64,000 nucleotides of DNA from Mytilus edulis (taxonomy: Eukaryota): positions 89,342,001-89,406,000 of the forward strand of contig NC_092347.1 of the NCBI RefSeq assembly GCF_963676685.1, written 5' to 3'. Shown here piece by piece: positions 43,401-54,369 of this stretch. The notes beneath the pieces were generated by a model. The model made no database searches and had not been told where the DNA came from. It saw nothing but the letters and a program-made list of their open reading frames with translations. A program made the translations under genes and the position numbers. Every line of letters begins with the position of its first letter. The stretch's first letter is position 1.

Positions 43401-46391
43401 TGATACATGTCTCAGTTGATACGTAACGTTAGTGCAAGTTCAGATTATTCAACCTTTTTTTACAAGAGGGTGTCTCTGACATAAAATGTGAACGACTGAA
43501 TTCAACAATTAAGGAATGACTGTAATATGTTTTCTGTCTATGAAGAAATAGCATAAAAAAAATTGGTGCACACTGAATAACGCCCGTAGCGGGTTATTTA
43601 ACAGTGCGCACCACATTTGTTATGTTATTTCGAATAGACAGAAAAAATATTACAGTCATTTTTTATAATTTAATTCTAAATTCCATTTTAAACCGTAAAA
43701 AACCATAACAACCGTTGATGATGACTATAAATTATGTATATATGGGCTGATAACAAAATAACGTCAGCCAATCAGAAGATGCGTTACATCCAAAATAAAA
43801 TTATTACATATTATTACGGTCACTATCAAGACCAATACTACTACTTCTGGTGTATAACACTAATAGTAGATATACTTGTTGACAATATAAACATTGTCAT
43901 ATTAAAATATTATCTTTGATGATATCGTAAAGAATATTTTATTAACACAATTGTTTTCAAAATTACATTTTGTTTGTTATTTTCAATAAGGAGGAAGAGG
44001 AAGAGGATGAAGGAGATAAGTATTGGCAATCAATTCATTTTGAAGGAGAAAAGGAGAAGGCTAGCGAGTAAGTGTTAACTCGCTTTGAAAAGTAGTATGA
44101 CTAGAATGAATATATGTTTCAAATACATGCAGTCTGTCACTTGTATTGCAGGAACAGCGCAGATTCTTGTTTTGTATGAACAATGATAACACCTGTTTTA
44201 TTGTTTGAATTAATTACTGTTGGTATCCAAACATTTATAGTACCTACCAATAATAATCTCAGATGATTACATTTCAATGCTTATTTAAACCTTTGCTGCT
44301 TATTTCAGTATGCCAAATAAGTACCTTGTACAGATTTTAGTAGGTTAGAGAACAATGTTTAGGAAATCTAACAATTTGTGGTTCATTTCATACGTTTTCT
44401 GCATAAATTTACGGCAAGACAACCTATTATCCCAACGTTTAAATGTTCAGCTGTACTATAGATAAGGCAACCAACGATTTAATCAAACATAAGGGGTTAC
44501 CGATTACGTATGAATCAGGAGTCATACTACCAACGAGATGTTCTTTTTCACTCTACCACATAAATATTTGCACAGGTTATCTTGTATCGTCTATTTTTAG
44601 AATTATTCGAGATATTGGCGAAAATGGTGTTTTCTTAGTGCGAAATGGTGATGACGGCGGAAAGGTATTTTATCAGCATTATTTCTTTTTTTGATAGGGG
44701 TGACAATCCATCTTCACGATTAAAAATTAAAAAAGGGGGAAAATTACAAAAAATATTTACAATTAATGTATCTACAGTGATGATCAATCGAGGACAAAAA
44801 AATTGAAAATTAAATTCCCAAAACAAATTTTCTAAGATTATAAATCTAAGAAGGACCAGAATAATATCCAAATCTAGATAGAATAGGAATAAGAGCTCTA
44901 CGGTACTTAGGCAGGTTTAAGATTATTGTAATTTTCCAAGAACAAAAAAAAACTTTTTTATCGACCGCATGTTTATAATTGGTTTTTGGTAAATTGATAT
45001 TTCATTTGACAGTCGGTATTTCGTTTGTCTGATAGCCGACATGTTCCAGTATTTAAATTGATATACAGTATAATATACAAGAAGAAAATTAATATCAAAA
45101 TTAAACATTATCTGACAAAATCTATTACTTTTCCTATTTTTTTCTTAGAATTTGTTCTTATTGCAACTAAAAACCTATTTTCTATGTAACGTAGATTCTC
45201 TAGTCAAATTCCCAACAACTTTTTGCTTCTTTACTCTATTTTTATTTTTATCAAACAACATAAATATTACATTATATGTTAGTCCGTGGAGGTTCTCCAC
45301 CTACTTAATATTTGTTTGACATTTTCAACACTTTGACACTTTCAGGTATTAGTAGTTTTTGCAGACAATATGCCAAAAAAGTATAAAGTTAATTGTAAGG
45401 TAAGTTTTAAAACATTGATATGTGCTAAGTTTTTGTTATTAGAAACAGTTGGTGCTGATTTTAGATTCCTGATTGCATAAAGTCTTCCGCCACAACTTTT
45501 ACGATTTTCGGATCTACATATTCTTGTTATAAAATTTGATTTACCATAAACATCAGTACAAACATATCAAGCTCCAAGGCATATTCAATAAGGGGAAGTC
45601 AATAAAAACTGGAAAAAAAATTAAACGCTATGAATCAACAGATCAAATGAAAAAAATACCATATTCAGGACTCAATACAGTCATTTTTCCAATGCAATGG
45701 TGGAATAAGTAGATATAACAAGATGTGGTTTAAGTTCCAGTGAGACAACTCTCCCTCTAATACACAGTGTTTAAAAGTAAACCATAAGTTTAAAGTATGG
45801 TCTTGTTCTATAGCTAGCTAAACTTCCCACTTGTATGACAGGTGTTTATAGTTTCATTATATTGACAGCAACCCAATCAGACATACAATGTATTAGGTTA
45901 ATGTGAAAATATTTGGGTTTAAGCCATATGTATCGCCAATTTTTTTAAAAACGGTAATGCATTAGTAAATCAATCATTTAAACATAAATTTGCCTAAATC
46001 ATTCATATAACAAAAATTTTGTCGTAAACACTCATGTTACCGTAGATTTTTCAAAGGTCATACGGTGACATATACTTGCTTTCATTCGAATAATTTTACT
46101 CTTGTATATAGTTATTTTTATGGTGTCCCATATGTCTGATAACGTTTTAACACGTATATCTAACAAATTATATGCTAAATTCACAAAATAAATGGAACTG
46201 TTACAATACCAGATTTTTAGTAAATAAAAATTATGTATTTTCTTTTGAAGGATAATGAGTACTTCATTGCAACAGCAGGACCACATGCAGAAACTTTGGA
46301 AGAAATGTTATTTGAATATTTTACGACAGACTTGCCTAACACAACCGTAAAATTAACAACGCCTTTTCAGCTACATCCTAGCCAGCAATGA
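31437..46391 (+). CDS. SH3BP2: SH3 domain-binding protein 2-like adaptor (N-terminal PH, central acidic/Pro-rich/polybasic linker, C-terminal SH2), 14 coding exons, 429 aa
   Basis: join(31437-31482, 31728-31814, 32691-32793, 34321-34441, 35835-35923, 36633-36808, 38007-38147, 39405-39469, 40520-40548, 42645-42741, 43991-44067, 44601-44664, 45346-45399, 46251-46391) = 1290 nt, open throughout, all GT-AG. N-terminus IPQPFQNIGCQDLL..GWVRK..LFRWPKVYMILSRGCIYYFRNE..GKFSLFGFNTVARA..AFKINH..YLFACSSEKEMKEWM parallels the 3BP2 PH domain as I recall it (PVPMKAIGAQNLL..WPLRFVIIHKRCVYYFKS..GAFSLSGYNRVMRA); SH2 signature NGVFLVR. It could be a paralog rather than the 1:1 ortholog. Confidence 0.88.
31728..31814 (+). 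CDS. SH3BP2: SH3BP2-like exon 2 (GCQDLLKEAISNCGWVRKQHFASKLKLFR-W)
   Basis: tatag acceptor, GTAAGT donor, start of PH domain. Confidence 0.9.
32320..32560. repeat. Degenerate ~42-bp tandem repeat in SH3BP2-like intron 2
   Basis: ttcctttctgga recurs about every 42 bp. Confidence 0.7.
32691..32793 (+). CDS. SH3BP2: SH3BP2-like exon 3 (WPKVYMILSRGCIYYFRNEYCKTASGKFSLFGFNT)
   Basis: ttccag acceptor, GTAAGT donor, PH core. Confidence 0.92.
34011..34130 (+). pseudogene. Decayed duplicate of SH3BP2-like coding exon 1 and its flanks, inside intron 3
   Basis: gtttaactaaattgagctgcaaacaagagatacttactctaaaat...catttcaaaacatcagcaacaaaatt aligns to 31416-31535 gtttacttaattgagctgagaatgagtgatacttacgctaaaat...catttcaaaatataggtaataaaatt; the ATG and the GT donor are both lost. 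Confidence 0.75.
34321..34441 (+). CDS. SH3BP2: SH3BP2-like exon 4 (VARATEVSDGEAMYAFKINHTHPEEFKSYLFACSSEKEMK)
   Basis: tttcag acceptor, GTAATT donor. Confidence 0.92.
35835..35923 (+). CDS. SH3BP2: SH3BP2-like exon 5 (EWMKCIKEELKIANDSGKRDGDYYYTDGF-M)
   Basis: cttcag acceptor, GTAAGT donor, conserved PH-helix Trp. Confidence 0.9.
36633..36808 (+). CDS. SH3BP2: SH3BP2-like exon 6 (HKQTPEAQGSS...SYKDIEESIYDDPTSFQPPSDYGLYAKKADE)
   Basis: ttgtag acceptor, GTAATC donor, phase 2-1, open. Confidence 0.85.
38007..38147 (+). CDS. SH3BP2: SH3BP2-like exon 7 (SDDEDIPNEPPPVPPRLANAEPNPKTKRKKKRKKKKEKMDELDQLP)
   Basis: tttaag acceptor, GTATAG donor, PxxPxR SH3 ligand. Confidence 0.85.
38298..38698. mobile_element. 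TTAA-TSD MITE (Kolobok-type)
   Basis: ttaa|agtcatatga ... tcatatgact|ttaa. Confidence 0.75.
39405..39469 (+). CDS. SH3BP2: SH3BP2-like exon 8 (DISKVAVSRTESAAKLQADAIS)
   Basis: ttgcag acceptor, GTGAGT donor, phase 1-0. Confidence 0.78.
39588..39804. repeat. ~110-bp tandem duplication
   Basis: aaataagaagaagaaaactgacgatatatggtc...gactaagcaacca twice. Confidence 0.9.
40401..40444 (+). ncRNA. Solitary hammerhead ribozyme copy (C3U) in SH3BP2-like intron 8, sense orientation
   Basis: acguca UUGAUGA gucua(aua)uagac GAAA cgagcg UC^ugacgu; perfect 6-bp stem I and 5-bp stem II. Confidence 0.7.
40520..40548 (+). CDS. SH3BP2: SH3BP2-like exon 9, 29-nt mini-exon (AEMKNMFGK-E)
   Basis: ttgcag acceptor, GTAAGT donor; needed to bridge phase 0 to phase 2. 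Confidence 0.78.
41323..42108 (+). mobile_element. HINE/pearl-like element: subterminal inverted repeats, (GGGC)n microsatellite, ~161-bp tandem array, 3' hairpin
   Basis: aaccggattt...aaatccggtt; gctgtc-gttgt-gacagc hairpin; tcaggagttatgg recurs at 41540, 41701, 41862. Confidence 0.85.
42645..42741 (+). CDS. SH3BP2: SH3BP2-like exon 10 (KQKSTESEPSSTTSRNKKQPSVEPPEVEDVDE)
   Basis: aaacag acceptor, GTAATT donor. Confidence 0.8.
43510..43806. mobile_element. Asymmetric hairpin element
   Basis: aatgactgtaatat..tctgtcta / tagacaga..atattacagtcatt arms around a cgcccgtagcggg loop, followed by a tail. Confidence 0.65.
43991..44067 (+). CDS. SH3BP2: SH3BP2-like exon 11 (EEEEEDEGDKYWQSIHFEGEKEKAS-E)
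   Basis: aataag acceptor, GTAAGT donor; start of SH2. Confidence 0.85.
44601..44664 (+). CDS. SH3BP2: SH3BP2-like exon 12 (IIRDIGENGVFLVRNGDDGGK)
   Basis: ttttag acceptor, GTATTT donor, SH2 FLVR motif. Confidence 0.9.
45346..45399 (+). CDS. SH3BP2: SH3BP2-like exon 13 (VLVVFADNMPKKYKVNCK)
   Basis: tttcag acceptor, GTAAGT donor. Confidence 0.88.
46251..46391 (+). CDS. SH3BP2: SH3BP2-like last coding exon (DNEYFIATAGPHAETLEEMLFEYFTTDLPNTTVKLTTPFQLHPSQQ*)
   Basis: ttttgaag acceptor, TGA 46389-46391, SH2 C-terminal pattern (TLEEM..Y...LP....L..P). Confidence 0.9.
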   Translation, partial: DNEYFIATAGPHAETLEEMLFEYFTTDLPNTTVKLTTPFQLHPSQQ

Positions 46392-48084
46392 CACAGCTCA
46401 GTTTGTATGAGAAAAGATACATAAACCATGTGTTGTATGCAACAAAAAGTATATAACAAACTGTATTATGGGTAGATTGATAAATTGTGCTTTGCTTGAC
46501 CTAAGTTCTGATAACAGTTATTCAGAAAGATTTCATTTCCTGTCATTTCCCGAGCTTTTTATAAGTTTCTTCACATTTTCTTAGATACGCTTATAACTTG
46601 AAAAAAATAAATGAGATATAATTGATATAGTAGATATACTAGAAAGTACTCGATTTTTAAATATTTTAACCAACCTCAACGAGATTCTAAAATACTGAGC
46701 TTAGAAAATATCTTTAAAATTTCGATGATATATTTAAAATTTGTTAATGAAATAATCCTCTTATTTCCATAGATGTCATGAACACTATTTTGTAACGTAT
46801 GTTATTTTAAAATCAACTTTTATCATTTGAGAAAAATATAATTGTCAAAGAGATTTCAACTGAACTACGAAAGTAAACATTAAGATAATGGTGAGCATAG
46901 CGTTTACGTCCTATCCCTATAAGTTCTGTGAATTGATACTGCAATGAAACCCTTTTTTATAAACCATTATTATTGCTTGATTTAATTATGGCTTCCTTTT
47001 GTATAACGGTCTCCACATATACTTGTAACTAAGCTTGTCATTTTACAAATATCTGTGATCATCCTTTCCATATTTTATTGATATTTGTACAAGCCAGTAC
47101 ATGGATAAGGATTATATGAAACACTTATCTCGTATCATTTAAATTGCAAATTTTTACTTATCTTGTCAATCATTTTAGTGTGTAATACATTTATGCCTTT
47201 GTTTATCATGCTATTATGTATTTTGTATGCCAAAGATATTCATGTTTGATAATTACTGCATTGTATATTTCATCTGTCTTATGTTTGTCTTATTTATTTC
47301 GTTTTTTGTATAAGTGCAATTGATTATTTACGAGCAGTGAGCACAAGGTACCTGTTTTGTATTACAACATCTAGATTCCGATTAAGTAAAAAATATATTG
47401 TACTTTTGTATAGGAAATCTTCACTCATTTTTTTCTATTTAATTTGTAACTTCGAAACATCTACCTTATGTAAAATACCTCTAACCAGGAACGCGGAGGG
47501 ATGTCAGAAGTACTGAAAACAGCAAAAAGTGATATTGATTTATAGCTTTTGTCTCATTGCTTTGTAATCTTCAGTGCCTGTTGCACTTGTTGTGGCGTAA
47601 AATCATTATTATAATTTTTTAAATACATATTATGTACCTAGACTTTGTAATGATTTTTTTTCTTTTGATTAAAGATCCGATGTGATGCTTCAATCACTGC
47701 TTTAGCTGTTGCGAAATATTTGATTCCTCATTTTAGATCAGATTGTATCTAGTTGCAAACGTATTCGTACTTTTATACCGGTGATAAGGGGCTGTGAAGT
47801 GTTATATCTCACAAGTACCTTCAATGTAGCAGAAATAGCTTACCCTTAGGAAATACCTAAATTAACAACATGGTTGCTCAATTTGTAGGTTTCTATGATA
47901 TGTTTTTCTATGTTATTTTGTTTTTTCGTGTTGTGTCTTTCTATTTGGCCGTTGCGTTATCTGTTTTTATGCTCCTGTGGGTTTATTCTCATTCGTCAAA
48001 CACGAAACTCTGGTGAAGTCGTCTTTTATTTTTTAAGGGTGTGGAACGTTAAACAAACTAATATTAGACGATGTAATCACTTAA

Positions 48085-48798
48085 GGTAGCACAATACAAA
48101 GATTTTGTCACTCCCAATCAGACAACTTTAAACTGATGTAATTCATTTTATCCTTCTTCATATTTTATAAATGAGGTACCAAAAGAAAGAAGAAGGATTA
48201 ATCTTTCAAATTGTGATAATTTCATTATGACATAATTATTACATAATTAATTATTATGTAATTAATTGCTATATTGTGATGTCCACACTTGAATGAATTT
48301 AGCTTCTTTGTTCTTCATAGCATTCCAAAATATTTTATATATTTTTGTACAACACAGCTTGACCTCTAAAACTGTGTCTCAGATTTCCAAAAACATCAAT
48401 AGAACAAATTTTATACCCAATTGAATTTAGTGGTCTCTTATGAATTAATGTTGCAAACTTCATTAAAGATTTGTGAGAGAATGAAATACAATAGGAAAAA
48501 TCTGAGACACAGTTTTGGAGGTCAAACTGTGTTGTGCAAGAATCTATAAAATATTTTGGGATGCTATGAATAACAAAGAAGCTAAATTCATTCAAGTATA
48601 GACATCACAATATGGCAACTATTTACATAATAATTAATGATGTAATAATTATGTTATAATGAAATTATCACAATTTGAAAGATTAATCCTTCTTCTTTCT
48701 TTTGGTACCTCAATTATAAAATTTAAAGAAAGATGAGTGGAATTACATTAGTTTAAAGATGTCTGATTGGGGATGAAAAATCTTTGTATTGTGCTACC
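48085..48798. mobile_element. Near-fully palindromic MITE with TTAA TSD (Kolobok-type ends)
   Basis: ttaa|ggtagcacaatacaaagatttt ... aaaatctttgtattgtgctacc|ttaa; ~310-bp arms. Confidence 0.9.
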
Positions 48799-51496
48799 TT
48801 AAAGATATGTGTAACTAAGAATTGCAACATTTATAACTAATTAATCTGCAAGCCCTCGTACAACATCACCAAGAGATGAAAGTAATGTCATATCAGGCCA
48901 TAGTATACTTACAACTGGTGGTATATTGGTACCATTTATAAAATTATATAAATCCTAATCTGATTCTGGAAAAATCATAGTTCATTATTGTCCTTCATGA
49001 AAGGGGGCGGTTTACGAGAATAGCCCTATATGAATATGTCGTTGGGGTGAATTTCTAGGAAATAAATGAAAACGAAAAACATCAGTCTTATTAGACTTAT
49101 ACCGTTTTAATTTCGTTAACATTAACATGATAACACCAGTAGAGGTATTATCAATCAAATTCTTAACAAACACATATTCATTTCGTTAGAATAATCTAGA
49201 TAACTGTCGGATTTACTCATCACACTACTTGATACTAATCATGACTTAGTGTTGCTTTGGTTGTTTTTTTGTTGGTACACTAATTATGAATACCAAAAGA
49301 AATCATCTTTCAATTAATCAAGATTAATCAACAACAAACATTTTCTTCTCACTTCTTTTCTTATGTTACCAGTGAGGACTTGATACCCGTATGTGTATAC
49401 AATGTATTGATTGTGATAATAACTACTACAATAACATTTGGTGATTATACATATTGGAAATTTATGTTTTCATATTTAGAAAGTTTATATAAATACATAT
49501 TAACTTTGTAAATACATTATTATGTTTTTTTATATATAAATATGTCAATAAAGTCTACAGATTATTTAATATGCCAAGATAATATTAGTATGTTGCTACT
49601 TTATATACTTGAAAAATCAGTTCTTTTCTTTCATAATTAATCTGATCGTTATGTTAAATATGGTAAATAAATACCAAATTTATAGAGACAAGGAATACTA
49701 AACCGACACACTCTAAAAACCCCAAGATCATTTCAAAATTGAGCCAATAAAAATGAATTTCTTTGAATATGAACTGAAGGAAATGAATACATTTAGACCT
49801 GAACTTCAAGGAGATTTAGTACGTAAATTATGAATTTTACCGGGTATCTTTGATGAATTTTTACGATCACTGTTGAACTCCATTTCATGTGGACGTTTCG
49901 ATCTCAATGATTGCGTTTACATATCACTTGATCAGTAAAATGGTGAATGTTCACACTATTCTGACTTCATTAACAGCGGTGAGCACCTTAGATAGGAAAA
50001 CAAGTTAGAACTTTAGTTTCGCATTACGCTATGGTGAATTTTTCAAATATGAAATTGTTTGTACTGTAACAATGAAATCGATTTGTAGATAGCTTACGAA
50101 CAATATAGCATTCTTAGTTGGTTTGAATCAACATTAAGACTGGTTTTTGCATGTTTTTATAGGTCATCTTTCTGTTTGACAGTCAGTATTTTCTTATTCG
50201 TACCGCCCATTGATCTAGACATTATTGCAATGTTTTTCAACAAAGATTTGACGATCGAACTTTTCAAAACAATTTTATGGAAAAATAAGTTGAAATGCAA
50301 ATGATGTTTTTACCTCTTAATAGATAAATGTCTATGCTTTCAGAAAACGTATCACTCTTATTGATTGAACTTCTCCTTTGGGACAAATTTTGGGGACCTT
50401 TTTTTAATGTTTCATCTTTCCTTTTGCAATATTTCGTATCAAATAAATGCAGATTGTTGCCATGTTTCCACACAAAAAAAGAAATAATATTTCACCAATA
50501 TAGTTATTGGAAATCAAATATAACCTTATTTTTAGAAACCAAGGAAAGGATGGTGGTTAACAATCATGGGTATCAATTTAAAGTTATATTCCTAGCTGTG
50601 TATTACAACCTGACACATAAAACTGCTCCAACAGAGTTATAAAGAAAACAACTGAATTCGACTCTACACAAAGTTTAATGTCATCATCACTTATTAGTTG
50701 ACTGATACGATTTGTTGGTGTCTCATCTCACTAGCGACATGTGTCTGCAGTCTTAACCAGATGCTCTGCAGGGCGCAGCTTAATACGACCGCAGAGTTCG
50801 AACCCTGAACAGTTGGGGCTAGTATGGACACAACATTCAAGTCTGATACAGCTCTGAATTTGGATTGTAATTAAATAGTTGACACAGAATGAATGTGCTC
50901 TAAGAACTTAAACTTAAAAACTTAAAAATTTTAAATTGGACATTTACCTATTATGGTGCAATATCCAACATCTAAATACATGGTTAGATTCAGCATATCA
51001 AAGAACCCCAAGCATTCAATTTTTGATGAAATCAGACAAAGTTTAATTTTGGACACCGATTTGGACCAACTTGAAAACTGGGCCTATAATCAAAACTTTA
51101 AATACATGTTTAGATTTAGCATATCAAAGAACCCCATGGATTCAATTTTTGTTAAAATCAAACAAATTTTAATTTGGGACCACGATTTTGACCAACTTGA
51201 AAACTGGCCCCATAACCATAAATCCTAATACATGTTTAGATTCAGCATATCAAAGAACCCCAAGGATTCAATTTTTGTTGAAATCAAACAAAGTTTAATT
51301 TTGGACCCCGATTGAGACCAACTTGAAAACTGGACTCATAATCAAAAATCTAAGTACATGTTTAGATTCAGCATATCAAAGAACCCCAAGAATTCAATTT
51401 TTGTTAAAATCAAACTAAGTTCAATTTTGGACCCTTTGGACCTTAATGTAAACCAATTTGATTATAGTTATCAAAGATACCAGGATTATAGTTTAG

Positions 51497-51543
51497 TACG
51501 CCAGATGCGCGTTTCGTCTACATAAGACTCATCAGTGACGCTC
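51497..51543 (-). ncRNA. Minimal type I hammerhead ribozyme (core intact, C.A mismatch in stem III)
   Basis: gagcguca CUGAUGA gucuuauguagac GAAA cgcgca UC^uggcgua; stem I gcguca/uggcgu. Confidence 0.8.
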
Positions 51544-51850
51544 AAATCAGAATATTTATAAAACCAATCAAGTGCAAAGTTGAAGAGCATTGAGGATCCA
51601 AAATTCCAAAACGTTGTGCCAAATACGGCTAAGGTAATATATGCCTGGGGTAAGAAAATCCTTAGTCTTTCGAAAAATTCAAACTTTTGAAACAGAAAAT
51701 TTATATACATGACCACATTATTGATATTCATGTCAACACCGAAGTGTTGACTACTGGGCTGGTGATACCCTCGGGGACGAAACGCCCACCAGCAGTGGCA
51801 TCGACCAAGTGGTGTTAATAGTTATCAAAGGTACCAGCATTATAATTCAG

Positions 51851-51897
51851 TACGCCAGACTCGCGTTTCGTCTACATAAGACTCATTAGTGACGCTC
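51851..51897 (-). ncRNA. Minimal type I hammerhead ribozyme, core mutated (CUAAUGA)
   Basis: gagcguca CUAAUGA gucuuauguagac GAAA cgcgag UC uggcgua. Confidence 0.7.
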
Positions 51898-54369
51898 AAA
51901 TCAAAATATCTATAAAGCCAAACAAGTACAAAGTTGAAGAGCATTGAGGATCCAAAATTCCAAAACGTTGTGCCAAATACATACACAGTTAGATTCGGCA
52001 TATCAAAGAACCCCAATTATTCATTTTTTTATGAAATCAAACAAAGTTTAATTTTGGACCCTTTGGGCCCCTAATTCCTAAACTGTTGGGACCAAAACTC
52101 CCATAATCAATCCTAACCTTCCTTTTATGGTCATAAACCTTATGTTTAAATTTCATAGATTTCTATTCACTTATACTAAAGTAATTGTGCGAAAACCGAG
52201 AAAAATGCTTATTTGGGCCCTTTTTTGTCCCTAATTCCTAAACTGTTGGGACCAAACCTCCTAAATAAAGGCAACAGTAGTATACCGCTGTTCAAAACTC
52301 ATAAATCCATGGACAAAAAACAAAATCGGGGTAACAAACTTAAACCGAGGGAAACGCATTAAATATAAGAGGAGAACAACGACACAACACTAAAATGTAA
52401 CACACACAGAAACGGACCAAGCATCAGACAAAATCCCACGAGAACAACAAATATAACATCAAAACCAAATACATGAATTTGGGATAGACAAGTACCGTGA
52501 CACGTCTTATCGCAATGTGAAATAACACTCATAAATAAGAGAAAACAAATGACGCAACGTTAAAATGTAACACACACAGAAACGAACAAAAATATAACAA
52601 TGGCCATATTCCTGACTTGGTACAGGACATTTTTAAAGGAAAAAAATGGTGGGTTGGACCTGGTTTTGTGGCATGCCAAACTTCGCACTTTAATGGCAAT
52701 GTTAAATATAACATTGAAATGACACCATAATATTACAGGACTACAATGCAAACAAATAGGAGAACGTATTAGACAAAGAAACACAAGATTAATAGATAAC
52801 AAAAAGCATCAGGTTTAAAATTCAATACGCCAAAAACGCGCCACGTCCACACAAGACTCACCAGTGACGCCCAGATATAAAAGATCGAAAGTTAAAAAAA
52901 GTACAAAGTTGTACAGCACTAAGATCAAAAGTTGAAAAAGGTTGTGTCAAATACGGCTATGTTTTTATGCTTGGGATAAGAACATCCTTATTATTTAAAA
53001 CAATTAATGCTATTGCAAACAGTAAATTTTATCAAATGAATATAAAGATATACATTATGAAACTGAAGTATTAACTTATTACAGAAAACAAAACCCGAAT
53101 ACATAATGCAAAGACCAACACAGAATAGACAAACCCGACTCAGTCCAGGCCTCAACGCAATAAATCATAAAAATGACGTCACATAACCAACCTTCCTTTT
53201 GTGGTCATAAACCTTGTGTTTAAATTTCGTAGATTTCTATTCACTTATACTATAGTTCTAGTGCGAAAACCAATGTGTCTTCGGACGCGGACGAAGAGGC
53301 CAACGCCATACCAATATACGACCGCAAAATTTTTTTGCGGTCGTATAAAAAGTAAAATCATAAAAATACTGAACTCCGAGGAAAATTCAAAACGGAAAGT
53401 CCCTAATGAAATGGAAAAATCAAATGACAAAACATATCAAACGAATTGACAACAACTGTCATATTCCTGACTTGGTACAGACATTTTCAAATGAAGAAAA
53501 TGGTTGATTAAACCTGGTTTTAAAGCGCTATATATCACTTGTATGACTTAAAATACCGGTCAGTCGTCTGATCTGTAATTTGACCGATTGTGTCCAATAA
53601 TTGTGACATTTTGACTGAATATTAACTCGTATATCGGGTGATGTATGCATAGCTAGAGACCCTACACCGTTGACGCACCAGACCTCGTTGCTTTCGGAGT
53701 TATTTTGTATTGTTATCTTGATGTGTCTCTTCCTACTCGTGATTTGAACATCGGTAAACTTCTGTGTTTTTAGTTTTTGATTTTTTTCTGTGTTCCGTTA
53801 TTTCGTTGTTTCTGTGTTCTGTTATTTCGTCGTTTTCTTCTTACAGTTGATGTGTTTCCCTCGGTTTTAGTTTGTAACCAAGATATGTTTTCTCTCAATC
53901 TATTTATGACTTTTGAACAGCGGTATACTACTGTTGCCTTTATATGTCACCAGCTCATTACTTAGCACTCTTATGTCGCTATGAGAACATTGATAAAGTA
54001 ATTTTCGAATCATTCACTTGTCATGTAAATGTAAAATATTATTCGAAACAAGAAGTTGTTCTACTACCATCTATTTTTAATTCAATTTCAATAATTATGT
54101 TCTAACAGAACAATGCTATGAACAATAACAGGTTTACAAGTTTGGACACTAGACGCACATCTTGTCCTTATAAGACTCTTCATAATTAAGGGTAAAGAAA
54201 ACAATTAAAATAAACATTATGACATGTGATCAAGATGCAGATATTTCACAAAAATGTGAGAAAAAAAATGTTAAGAAAACATCGATGAAACAAAAATATT
54301 TAGTTTTCTTGATGTCATCGAAAACTTAACATTTCAATTTTCTAATAGCATTTGTTTTTCATACTTTAT

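Larger units (their letters stand above)
51464..51980 (-). mobile_element. Non-LTR retrozyme-type tandem repeat, 354-nt period, about 1.45 copies, two type I hammerhead ribozyme motifs
   Basis: Direct repeat 51467->51821 and 51497->51851 (period 354); each copy carries gcgtca-CUGAUGA-guc(uuaugua)gac-GAAA-cgcgc(a/g)-UC-uggcgu or a single-change variant on the minus strand. Confidence 0.85.
50755..53350 (-). mobile_element. Helentron/DINE-like element (copy 2) with ~127-bp internal tandem repeats and nested insertions
   Basis: Same ends as 5945-7950; about 4 units of ttagattcagcatatcaaagaacccc.. at 50970-51460; hosts the retrozyme repeat and a 52266-53185 repeat. Confidence 0.8.

Noticed and set aside
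51759-51795. Second, opposite-polarity hammerhead (CUGGUGA..GAAAC) in the retrozyme monomer
   Set aside because: A6 is replaced, there is no NUH triplet in register and no stem I partner; it is more simply the complement of a hairpin on the minus strand
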